A stretch of 19,436 bases of DNA from Octopus sinensis (taxonomy: Eukaryota): NCBI RefSeq assembly GCF_006345805.1, contig NW_021824280.1:1-19436 (forward strand). The letters run 5' to 3'. Position 1 is the first letter of the stretch; the number at the start of each line of letters is the position of its first letter. The notes beneath the pieces are model-generated. The model was not told the origin of the DNA. It saw only the letters and a program-made list of their open reading frames with translations, and made no database searches. Shown here one piece after another: positions 1 through 9,248 of this stretch. Both the position numbers and the translations under genes were made by a program.

Positions 1-389
1 TTTCATGCACACTTACATTGCACATCCAACAGAGCATGCTTTCATTTCTTTCCAGTTTTGTTTTTTTCAAGACCCTAGTGTTCAAGGCCCATGTCTCACT
101 ACCATGCAGCATCACACTTCTAACACAAGCATCATACAATCTGCCCTTTATTCTAAGGAAAAAGACCTTCATAGTCAACAATAGTAATAGCTTTCTGAAC
201 TGTTCTTACTCTGGCCACACTACCTTCAGAGAAACCCCCACAGTTGGTAATTACATCTCTTAGACAACAAAACCTATCAGCTACTTTTAATGAAATATTC
301 AGGCATTTAAGCAAGTCTTTTCCCAGTGTATTTGTAGTATGTACTGCTCCAGTGGATCTCTCACAGATAAAAGTAATGTTCCCTGCTGA
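1..389 (-). mobile_element. RTE-clade LINE fragment (ORF2 C-terminal region, decayed)
   Basis: Minus-strand translation gives FICERSTGAVHT..LKVADRFCCLRDVITNCGGFSEGSVARVRT, then IKGRLYDACVRSVMLHGSETWAL..KLERNESMLCWM. This is the typical post-RT region of RTE ORF2. It is frameshifted and runs off the window start. Confidence 0.85.
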
Positions 390-596
390 TGTGTGTGTGT
401 GTGTATGTGTGTGTGTGTGTGTGTATGTGTGTGTGTGTGAGTGTGTGTGTATTTTGTATTCATGCATATATGTATGCTCTATAACTCAATAACTTAGAGT
501 GTGCTTCTCTTTCGTATTTATGATTTACTGATGATATGTGTGTGTGTGTGTGTGAGTGTATGTATACATACATACATACATACATACATACATACT
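390..596. repeat. (GT)n and (CATA)n microsatellites
   Basis: Directly visible. Confidence 0.95.
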
Positions 597-745
597 ATTA
601 TAGTGTTCTTTTCTCACAAAGATATTTTGGTATTTCGTAAATAAACTTAGTCTGAAATTGAGCAATCTGTTAGCACCTGATTCCTGTTATTTAATTTCTT
701 CCACTTTTAAATTTTTTTCTCCATCTCCCTCCAATTTATCCATAG

Positions 746-808
746 TTATTCTTCAAATGAGAAGATATTCTACTTCCAAAGAATTTCAGAATGATGTCTG
801 TATTGCTG
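746..808 (+). CDS. Candidate internal coding exon (63 nt, phase 1-1), unidentified host gene
   Basis: About 70 nt AG-free pyrimidine tract ending CATAG at 745. Only one frame is open (xILQMRRYSTSKEFQNDVCIA). Donor CTG|GTACTT is weak. No homology recognised. Confidence 0.3.
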
Positions 809-1075
809 GTACTTTATACTATGGAAGCACTTAACAAACAGACTGCATAATTGAACAACTTTATGACACCTGATTCCTGTTACTTCGTTCTGTCTTCCAT
901 TCTGTCTTTCTTTGGTTATTAAATGTAAAAAAGAAATGTTTTGTTTTACTTTCTTGTTTGCTCTTTTTGGTTTGGTTTTTTCCCCTCATTTTTTCTTAAA
1001 TGGTTTCTCAAGAAAATATAAATTTAATTAGGTATACTCATCTCAGTACCACATATTATGCCACATATGTATATG

Positions 1076-1111
1076 CACATGAGTGTGTCTGTGTATGTGT
1101 GCATGTGTGTA

Positions 1112-1147
<36 letters not shown>

Positions 1148-1181
1148 TGTGTGGGTGTGTGTGGGTGTGTGTGTGTGTGTT
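1076..1181. repeat. (GT)n compound microsatellite
   Basis: Directly visible. Confidence 0.95.
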
Positions 1182-1283
1182 ATGATTCTGCTTAAGCATA
1201 GTGATATTAAGAACCAGTTGTTATTACAACCCAGTATATTCATGCTAGCATCTGGTGGGTACTGAATGTAAAATCAATTAATG

Positions 1284-1365
1284 TGTAGTGAGGCACGAAA
1301 TGCAAGAACCATTTTGAATGAGATCTTGCTGGTAACCATTGCCATGTGCGAGATAAGAATGAGAT
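1284..1365 (+). repeat. Truncated 5' LTR (first 82 bp)
   Basis: Ungapped hand alignment to 2822-2903 gives 63/82 identical, and both start TGTAGTGA. Confidence 0.85.
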
Positions 1366-2495
1366 TTCCTAAATAGTTTGTACCTGAGAACCACCATTGT
1401 TCCATTTTCGATGCCTTGAATTCACTGTTACATCCTGGCATTGCTGCCTCAGTCAAGCTTATTACGGCTCGGTTTTTCTGGCCTAATATGTGCCGGACGA
1501 TCACCACTTAGGCACACTCTTGTGTGAAATGCCAGCATTCTAAAATCCACAGGCACATTCGCGCTCCTCTTGGACAGTTTTCTCTACCAGAGGCTCACTT
1601 TCGCCATGTCCACATTAATCTGTTTGGACCATGGCCTGTCAGTAATGGTTTCTCTTACATATTGATATGTGTTGATTGTTTCTCTCATTGGCCTAAAGCC
1701 ATTCCAATAGTGAACATTTCTGCTGAGTCAGTTGCTCAAGCTTTCGATTCTAACTGGATTGCTTGCTTTGGTGTCCCAGCTAAAATAACCATTGATCATG
1801 AACACCAGTTCAAAGCTTCCTTATTTCATGAATTATCACAAATCCTATGCATTCATCACATTCGTATGACTAGCCACCATCCAGCTTCCAATGGGATGGT
1901 CAAACGTTTTCACTGGCAACTGAAGGCTGCTCTACATGCCATTCCTGATCCACAATCTTGGACAGAATTCCTGCCTATCATTCTTCTTGGTTGTCACACT
2001 GCTGTTAAGACAGACTTATGTTTCTCATCTGCCGAACTCCTTTATGGTACCATCCCAGCACTTCCTGGTACAATGTTAGCACCAGACAATTCATTGCATC
2101 CTGATCCTACATCGTATGTCACCAGACTTTGCTCGTATTTCTCAAGTCTTCCACCCATGCATCTGTGTGACCAATCTATTCCCTCTCACGTTCCACCAAA
2201 CGTTAACAAATGGACTCATGTTTTTGTTCGGGATGATTCTGCCAGAGGACTGCTTGTTTCTCCCTATAAAAGACCATTTCATGTGCTATCATGCACACTC
2301 AAAACGTTTAGTCTCAACATCAGTGGTCAGGCAGAGACTGTGTTAGTCAACAGACTTAAAAAGGCACATTTTGAAGTTTCCACACCCTTGGATGACACCC
2401 CAGCTACACCCACTTTTGATCCTTTACAACCACCTACACACCCACCTTTGACCACACCATTACCTTACACCTCCACTTCCATCACCCCAACCTAA
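1366..2495 (+). pseudogene. Gypsy integrase pseudogene (zinc-binding domain, rve core, C-terminal domain)
   Basis: FVPENH..LNSLLHPGIAASVKLITARFFWPNM..*AHSCVKCQHSK, then HVHINLFGP, ITIDHE, HPASNGMVKRFH, YKRPFHVL. The catalytic D-D-E reads N-D-K, the first zinc His reads N, and there is a stop at about 1509. Confidence 0.92.
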
Positions 2496-2809
2496 CACAA
2501 ACAAACCTTATGTCACTAGGACAGGCCATACTGTGCAATGGTCCCCAAAACTTTCCAGAACTATTTATATCTGACAACCTCTTTTTTGTTTTATGTGACA
2601 GACAGTTGCTTTCTTGAGTTGCTGAACAATTCCAATGCTTTGCCATTGAACAGTTTTGTCAAAATTTCGTGCATGCTTATTTATATTTCTTGTAATTATT
2701 TTCTTTTGACTTGTCACATTTTGTACCATATCTTGTTTGCGATCGATTACCATCTTTGCTCTTTTCTTGTGCCTGCTCCAACTATTCTATATTTTTGCAC
2801 TAGCTTCTC

Positions 2810-2821
2810 AGGAGGAGCTCC
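2810..2821 (+). promoter_or_regulatory. Polypurine tract (plus-strand primer site)
   Basis: AGGAGGAGCTCC directly abuts the TG of the 3' LTR. Confidence 0.65.
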
Positions 2822-3228
2822 TGTAGTGAAGCACAAGAAACCAGCGCCATTTTGAACAAGATATCACTGGTAGCCCTTGCCATGTGCAAGACAAGACCGA
2901 GATCTTGCCTGCAACCATTTGCCATGCATGAGATGACAACGAGATTCTTGCAAGCCACGAGTATTTAAGCAAGAAACCAACGACATTCACTCATTCCTTC
3001 TCATGTGTAGCCAGCAGCTCACAATGGACTCTTCTCCCGCTCTGACTCCACATGCTTATATCCAGGGGTAATGAACCTCACTTGTACGGAGTTAAGACAA
3101 ACCGCGTGCTGCTATAAAGATGGTCACTGAGAGCAAACCACATGAACAAAAACTCTGTAAATAAATGGCTATTGAATTGTATTCCACTTGTGAACTTCTT
3201 CTCCATGTTCCAGATCCTTGAAACTACA
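2822..3228 (+). repeat. 3' LTR, 407 bp
   Basis: TG...CA ends with a 6-bp inverted repeat (TGTAGT/ACTACA). TATAAA at 3113-3118 and AATAAA at 3160-3165 fall in U3-R-U5 order, and there are short internal repeats near the 5' end. Confidence 0.85.
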
Positions 3229-3417
3229 AAAATAATTATCATGAAAGAAGGAGATACTCCACAGGTATCATAAACCTTCAATTCCATTATAAATGAATTG
3301 GCAAAATAAAAGAGTCACATTATCATTTTCATTAGCTTACAGCTGTTTTGTTATATATATTCACACACACACGTACATACATATACACACACACACATAT
3401 ATATATATATTATATAT

Positions 3418-3578
3418 AGGGAGAGTTTACGAAAAAATCAAAAGACGAAGACAGGTGGTGTACAAAACAAACAGATGTATTAGTATAACGCTCAGGAATA
3501 GAAAAAGTCTTTTATGTTTCGAGCCTATGCTCTTCTACAGAAAAGGACACAGAAAAAATAAGGAGAGAAACAAGGAGA
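3418..3578 (-). mobile_element. Dispersed repeat, probable Penelope-like element terminal-repeat remnant (copy 1)
   Basis: Reverse complement is homologous to 12958-13075 and contains a hammerhead-like motif. Flanked by (TA)/(CA) microsatellites. PLE assignment is inferred from the motif. Confidence 0.55.
3509..3544 (-). ncRNA. Degenerate minimal type-I hammerhead-like motif
   Basis: Minus strand reads TTTT CTGTAGA A GAGC-ATAG-GCTC GAAA C AT A AAAG. Stem II is perfect, but A6 is U and stem III is mismatched. Confidence 0.4.
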
Positions 3579-3583
3579 CATGT

Positions 3584-3616
<33 letters not shown>

Positions 3617-3814
3617 CATGCACACACACACACATATATATATATAGACATATGTAATGTGAGCAGCCATGTAGCCCCTCTTGTTCTTTAATATTTCATG
3701 TCCTAGTGTAAAACTGCTTCCCCCTCTACTGTAGTCCCACTCAATTTAAGGGGATCAAAGTCTTTCAAGCTGCATGGCAACTTCACTAGTACTAGATCAA
3801 TGAAAGAGTACCTA

Positions 3815-3955
3815 GTACATTCTGTAAAGTGGTTGGTGTCAGAACGGCCATCCAGCTATAGAGACATGGAGCATGATGTGGTCCTTGAACCCGTCAGATT
3901 TTGAAAAACTGTCCAACATACAACAGCATGCAAGATGGATATTTAGAGATGATGC
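3815..3955 (+). mobile_element. Decayed SINE 3' portion ((GAT)n-tailed family)
   Basis: GTGGTTGG...CATCCAGCT...AGCATGCAAGATGGATATTTAGAGATGATG resembles the copy at 16565-16770. Confidence 0.55.
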
Positions 3956-4048
3956 ATGTACACATGCACACACACATACTTATTTATATGTGTATGTGTG
4001 TGTGTGCATGTGTGTGTGCATGTATGCATGTATGCATGCATGTGTAAA

Positions 4049-4079
<31 letters not shown>

Positions 4080-4108
4080 GTGTGTGTATGTGTGTGTACA
4101 CATGTGTA
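3956..4108. repeat. (CA)n/(GT)n/(ATGC)n compound microsatellite
   Basis: Directly visible. Confidence 0.9.
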
Positions 4109-4206
4109 TGTCAAAAACTCCAAACAATACTGCATCTGTCCCTTCTGAATATGTTGTAACATTCAGATGTGAATATGTTGATCACTGTTGTATTTCATTG
4201 TCACAG

Positions 4207-4257
4207 AACATCTCCCTTTTAGAGGATATGTGTTCATTACAGACATGAATCATTGGT
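4207..4257 (+). CDS. Candidate internal coding exon (51 nt, phase 1-1), unidentified host gene
   Basis: Acceptor TTGTATTTCATTGTCACAG and strong donor GGT|GTAAGA. The only open frame reads xHLPFRGYVFITDMNHW. No homology recognised. Confidence 0.35.
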
Positions 4258-4321
4258 GTAAGAAGACTTTGAGACACTGGGGTGTTTCAAACACATTCAT
4301 GTCTCATCAATATGAATCAAA

Positions 4322-4955
4322 GCATGGCTTAATGGTTAAGGTGTTGGATTCATGATCATAAGATTGCAGCGAGCTGGCAGAAACATTAGCATGGCGGGCG
4401 AAATGCTTAGCGGCATTTTGTCTGCCGTTAGGCTCTGAGTTCAAATTCTGCCACGGTCAACTTTGCCTTTCATCCTTTCGGGGTCAATAAATTAAGTACC
4501 AGTTATGCACTGAGGTCGATGTAATCGATTTAATCTCCTTGTCTGTCCTTGTTTGTCCCCTCTGTGTTTAGCTTCTTGTGGGTAGTAAAGAAATAGGTAT
4601 TTCGTCTGCTGTTATGTTCTGTGTTCAAATTCCGCTGAGGTCAACTTTGCCTTTCATCCTTTCGGGGTCGATAAATTAAGTACCAGCTATGCACTGAGGT
4701 CGATGTAATCGATTTAATCTCCTTGTCTGTCCTTGTTTATCCCCTCTATGTTTAGCCACTTGTGAACAATAAAGAGATAAGATTGTGGTTTCGATTCTTG
4801 GACCAGGCAACATGCTGTGTTCTTGAGCAAATGACTTTATATATATATTGCTCCATTTCACTCAGCTGGCAAAAGTGAGTAGCCCTGCAGCAGACCATCA
4901 TCCCATCCAGGTGGGGAACATATATGCCATGAAACCAAGAAACCAGCAATTATGA
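4322..4955 (+). mobile_element. tRNA-derived SINE split by a younger insertion (parts 4322-4366 and 4777-4955)
   Basis: A-box-like TGGCTTAATGG lies before the insert and B-box-like GGTTTCGATTC after it. The sequence is continuous once 4367-4785 is removed. Confidence 0.7.
4367..4776 (+). mobile_element. Dimeric tRNA-derived SINE (full monomer plus 5'-truncated monomer) with 9-bp TSD
   Basis: A box TGGCAGAAAC, B box GAGTTCAAATT. The central GCCTTTCATCCTTTCGGGGTC(A/G)ATAAATTAAGTACCAG domain occurs twice. TSD ATAAGATTG at 4358-4366 and 4777-4785. Confidence 0.9.
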
Positions 4956-5007
4956 GTTGGTATAACTCAAGCAGGAATACTTTACTTTTTTTACTGTATT
5001 GTATCAG

Positions 5008-5064
5008 TGGCTGAGACACTTGGCTATCACAAGCTCAGTCTATTTAGCTGTAAGAAGTTTCAAG
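5008..5064 (+). CDS. Candidate internal coding exon (57 nt; alternative donors after 5074 and 5082)
   Basis: Acceptor TTTACTTTTTTTACTGTATTGTATCAG. Two open frames (xAETLGYHKLSLFSCKKFQ or WLRHLAITSSVYLAVRSFK) and three stacked donor-like sites. Confidence 0.3.
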
Positions 5065-5253
5065 GTACTGCAAGGTAACACAGTAAGGTTCTCACTTATC
5101 AACAGCTGCATTAAAAGTGAGATTATATAGAGTTGACTATTTGCATATAGTGACATCAGGTTTATTTCTCAGGTATTTGACCGTGTTTGCAGGCAGAGCA
5201 CGTTATTCTACATTATCTCACTTAACTTAATACCCATTAATAGGTACCTACCT

Positions 5254-5448
5254 GATCAATATGGCTCAATCACAGACTAAAGTCAACCAATAAGTCTACT
5301 TAGCTGTCAGTAATAGATACAAGATCAATGTGGCTCACACTCTGACCACAATCCACCAATCAGTCCACCTAGCTGTCAGTGATAGATACATGATCAATAA
5401 GGTTGTCACTGATCATAGTCCACAAATCACCAAGTTGTCAGTAACGAC
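5254..5448. repeat. Diverged 69-bp minisatellite, about 2.8 units
   Basis: GATCAAT at 5254, 5323 and 5392 (period 69). CTAGCTGTCAGT-ATAGATAC-type core is shared. Confidence 0.8.
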
Positions 5449-5454
5449 TGTTGG

Positions 5455-5590
5455 TAGTGATGGTGGGTGATGGATGCAGTTATAAGTTGACTGGTATGGC
5501 GGTGGTAACATTGATTATAGTGGTGGTTGTGATAGTAGAAGTGAGGGTGATGAGTATGGTGGTGGTGGTGGTGGTGGTGGTGGTGGTGGC
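5455..5590. repeat. Degenerate and pure (GGT)n tract
   Basis: Directly visible. Confidence 0.85.
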
Positions 5591-5901
5591 AGCAACGGTG
5601 GTGGTGTTAGACACAAGTGACAACTGAAGAAAGTTTGATGAAGAATGGAAAATAAAACTATAGAATAGGATGGAAATATCTCAATTTTTGAAACCTGCTA
5701 CACGTTATCACACCATTTCTCATAAATTTTATAACAAATAGTGACAACTGATGGTGGTGGTGGAGGTGTTCATCGTTGTTCTTTATGTTGTTTGTTTTGT
5801 TTTCTATTTGTGTATTTCGTTGTTTGAAAGAATAGTTCCTGTTCCATGTGCTCGTACTTTGCATTTTTTGTTGTACACGTTTCATGATACCCTGTGCCCA
5901 C

Positions 5902-6322
5902 ATATCATCATCATCATCATCATCATCATTTAACGTCCGCTTTCCATGCTAGCATGGGTTGGACGGTTCAACTGGGGTCTGAGGAGCCCGAAGGCTGCAC
6001 CAGGCCAGTCGGATCTGGCAGTGTTTCTACAGCTGGATGCCCTACCTAATGCCAACCACTCCGAGAGTGTAGTGGGTGATTCTATGTGCCACCGACACAG
6101 GTGCCAGACGAGGCTGGCAAACAGCCACGCTCGGATGGTGTTTTTTATGTGCCACCGACACAGGTGCCAGACGAGGCTGGCAGACGGCCATGCTCGGATG
6201 GTGTTTTTTATGTGCCACCGACACAGGTGCCAGACGAGGCTGGCGAACGGCCACGATCGGATGGTGTTTGTTACGTGCCCACAGCACGGAGGCCAGTCGA
6301 TGCGGTAGGTACTGGCTATGGC

Positions 6323-6323
<1 letters not shown>
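5902..6323 (-). mobile_element. SINE with (GAT)n tail and internal 63-bp tandem repeat (3 units)
   Basis: Minus strand ends ...GCATGGAAAGCGGACGTTAAA(TGA)n. ATGTGCCACC recurs at 6084, 6147, 6210 and (variant) 6273. Confidence 0.85.
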
Positions 6324-6372
<49 letters not shown>

Positions 6373-6497
6373 TATAGATGTAAGTATGTTCATTTATATA
6401 GGTATATATGCATATATATATATTATTTATATTATTATGATTGAGTGCCACGCATCCTCTTCCAAGTAAATATATGTATGTGTATATATATATCTTT

Positions 6498-6616
6498 GTA
6501 TTAAGGCAACCATTGGTCTCATGTGAAGAAAATTATCTTTATAACCTATCAATTGTTAATATGTTTAAAATTGTTAAGGCATTTTTCTTAATATGAAACC
6601 AATGAAGCCTTAATAC
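6498..6616. mobile_element. MITE-like fold-back element, about 120 bp
   Basis: Left GTATTAAGGCAACCATTGGTCTCATGTGAAGAAAA versus reverse complement of right GTATTAAGGCTTCATTGGTTTCATATTAAGAAAAA. Confidence 0.6.
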
Positions 6617-6724
6617 ACAAATAAAGAAATTCTATCCAACAATGTCGTGTTGAGCACTCATTCTCATCATTTAACATATATATATGATATATGTATGCAT
6701 GTGTGTATACGTACATCTATGTGT

Positions 6725-6940
6725 GTGTGTCTGTGTGTATCTGTGTTTGTCCTTCCACTACTGCTCAACAACCAGTTTGGTGTGCTTATGTCCCTGTGAC
6801 TTAGAAGTTCAGCAAAAATGGCTAATAGAATAAGGACCAGGCTTTTAAAAGATAAGTCCTGGAGTTGATTTCTTTGACTAAAACCCTTCAAGGCAGTGTC
6901 CCAGCATGGCCACAGCCATCTGACTAAAAGGTAGAAGAAT
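6725..6940 (+). mobile_element. 3' half of CORE-type SINE
   Basis: Homologous to 9290-9492 (TCTGTGTTTGTCC...GAATAAG...CCAGCATGGCCAC). Confidence 0.75.
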
Positions 6941-7284
6941 ATAATTGTGTGCATGTGAGTGCATCTGTTTGTGTAGTTGTGTGTGTGTGCATATGTGCAT
7001 CTACATCTGTGCATTTGTTTACATCTGCATTCACTTTGTGAAAATCATGATGCTAACACAATGTTCTTTGTACTTCTCCAATCAATATAAATCACTCACT
7101 CATTTCTTGTCTTCAAAGCAAAGTGGAATGAGAAATTCCTAACTTTTTTCATAAAAACATGCAAGGATAAGCAACAGGAAGAGCATCCAGCTGAGGAAAC
7201 AATGCCTCGCCAACATACTAATATGGAAAAATAGGCAGGAAAATCAAAGAAATGAATGAATATACATGTGGCAGAAATATTATA

Positions 7285-7890
7285 GTATCGGGCATTGGTT
7301 GGCCTGGGTTTATAATTGAAGACAGTTGCCCAAGCTGCTATATAGCAGGACCGAACCTGAAACTATAATAATAATAATGAAATTATTGTATACAGTGCTC
7401 AGGTGCACCACAACTTGTCAAAAGTGCATATAAAGCATATGCAGTAATGTACAAATGTCTGGGAAGTGAACAGTGTATGAGTCAGATACATGCTTGCATG
7501 TGTATGGAGGGGAGAAAATCAGGTGTAGTGCTGGCGAATCTCAGGAAGCATGGAAGTTTTGAAGGATGCAGGGCTCCGACAACTAAAAACTGATGCCGGC
7601 AGTTTGTTCCATGCTTCAGCAACTCTTAGTGTGAAAAATGTTTCTGAAAGTCATGGGAGCTGTACTGTTTTCTGACTTTGTAAACATGTCCACGGGTGTT
7701 AGACGGGTGGAGTTTGAAAAGGTGCTTAGATTTTGTTAGTAAGATGGTTAATAATTTTATGGGTGTCTGCCAAGTCAACTGCTAGACATTGGAGTTTCGA
7801 TGTATCCATGTCCAGGGAAGTAAGGCATTCAGAATATGGCAAATGTGTGGATGCAAAGTGAGCTTCTTAACAACAAAGCCATGCCTGTCT
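7285..7890 (-). mobile_element. Decayed CORE-SINE (parts about 7285-7363 and 7845-7890) interrupted by a CR1 fragment
   Basis: GACAGTTGCCCAAG..GGACCGAACCTGAAAC on the left and GAGCTTCTTAAC..AGCCATGCCT on the right match 16851-17013 in the same orientation. Confidence 0.5.
7364..7820 (-). mobile_element. CR1-type LINE 3' end with (TTA)n tail
   Basis: Translation (frameshifted) DLADTHKIIN..FKLHPSNTRGHVYKVRKQ..FFTLRVAEAWNKLP..RQHYT* contains the CR1 TRGH / RV..WN.LP signature. Stop at 7519-7521, then UTR and tail at 7364-7378. Confidence 0.85.
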
Positions 7891-8056
7891 CTTCTGCATT
7901 TTAAGTTCAAATCTCATCAATTCAATGTTCCCTTTCATCCTTCTGGGGCCAATAACATAAAGCTTCAGCCAAATACTTGGGGCAATATAAACAACTGCTT
8001 CTTTCTTCTCTTCTTCCAAATTTTAGGCTTTGTGCATATATGTTACAAACAATTAG

Positions 8057-8096
<40 letters not shown>

Positions 8097-8158
8097 ATTA
8101 TTATTATTATTATTATTATTGTTATTTTTCATTATTATTATTATTATTATTATATTAT

Positions 8159-8202
<44 letters not shown>

Positions 8203-9030
8203 AGGCAGAAAGTTGGCAGAATCATCAGAACGCTGGTCAAAATGCTTAGCAGCATTTCATCCATCTTTTATGTTCAAATTCTGTTAAGGTTCAAATTCTG
8301 CTAAGGTCAGTGTTGCTTGTTTTCCTTTGGTAAGTTTACCATAAAGTTTGGTACCAGCCAAGTGCCTACGTTAGAAAAGATTCTTATTGTTAAAGCTGTG
8401 AACTGGCAGAATCATTAACACATTTCATCTATCTTTACATTCTGAGTTCAAATCCCACCAAGGTCAATCTGCTTTTCATCCTTTCAGGGTTAATAAATTA
8501 TGTACCAGTCAAGTACTGGGGTTGATATGATTGATTGTCTCCACTCCCCACAAAAATCCAGACCTTGTGCCTATAGTAAAAAGGATTATTATTATTCTTG
8601 TTATTATTAAAGTAGTATGCTGGCAGAATCATTAGCATGTTAGACAAAATGTTCCGTGCCATTTCTCCCAGCTATATGTTCTGAGTTCAAATTCTTCCAC
8701 GGTCAGCTATGCTTTTAATCCTTTTGGAGTCAATAAAATAGGTACTAGTTGATGAAACTGACTGACTGACTCCCTCCCACAAAATTTCAGGATTTTTTAT
8801 TATTATTGTTGAAGGTAGCAAGCAGGCAAAATCATTAGTATGTTGAAGAAAATGCTTAATGACAATTCTTCTGGCTCTTTACATTCTGAGTTCAAGTTCT
8901 GCCAAGGTCAAGTACTGAAGTCGTCAGTAATAAAGTACCAGTCAAGTACTGAAGTCACTGTAATTGACTTACCCTCCCCCTGAAAAATTGCTGACATTGT
9001 GCCAAACTTTGAAACTATTCTTAATAGTTT
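7890..9030 (+). mobile_element. Head-to-tail train of five decayed SINE copies (about 7890, 8201, 8391, 8610, 8811)
   Basis: Four copies start AA..G..(C)TGGCAGAATCAT-like and all have GTTCAA(A/G)T B boxes. Most retain a TTTCATCCTT-like core, and they are separated by (ATT)-rich tails. Confidence 0.85.
8058..8200. repeat. (ATT)n followed by (AGT)n
   Basis: Directly visible. Confidence 0.95.
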
Positions 9031-9033
9031 CAA

Positions 9034-9210
9034 AGGCGTAGGAGTGGCTGTGTGGTAAGTAGCTTGCTTATGAACCACATGGTTCCAGGTTCAGTCCCAC
9101 TGCGTGGCACCTTAGGCAAGTGACTTCTACCATAGTCTTGGGCCGACCAAAGCCTTGTGAGTGGGTTTGGTAGAGTAGATGGAAGCTGAAAGAAGCCCAT
9201 CGTATATATG

Positions 9211-9248
<38 letters not shown>

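Larger units (their letters stand above)
1284..3228 (+). mobile_element. Ty3/Gypsy LTR retrotransposon remnant, internally deleted (5' LTR stub, integrase, PPT, complete 3' LTR)
   Basis: Integrase homology at 1366-2400, polypurine tract at 2810-2821, LTR 2822-3228 bounded by TGTAGT...ACTACA, and a second LTR start at 1284. Confidence 0.9.

Noticed and set aside
1524-2495. 323-aa ORF as a functional or domesticated integrase gene
   Set aside because: Catalytic and zinc-binding residues are mutated, there is an upstream in-frame stop, and it sits inside an LTR remnant.
5254-6290. CRISPR-like array from the periodic 63- and 69-bp repeats
   Set aside because: Eukaryotic context, whole units repeat without unique spacers, and there are no cas genes.
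5930-6469. Overlapping 99-173 aa ORFs with repeated peptides
   Set aside because: They arise from the stop-poor 63-bp tandem unit of a SINE plus adjacent microsatellites.
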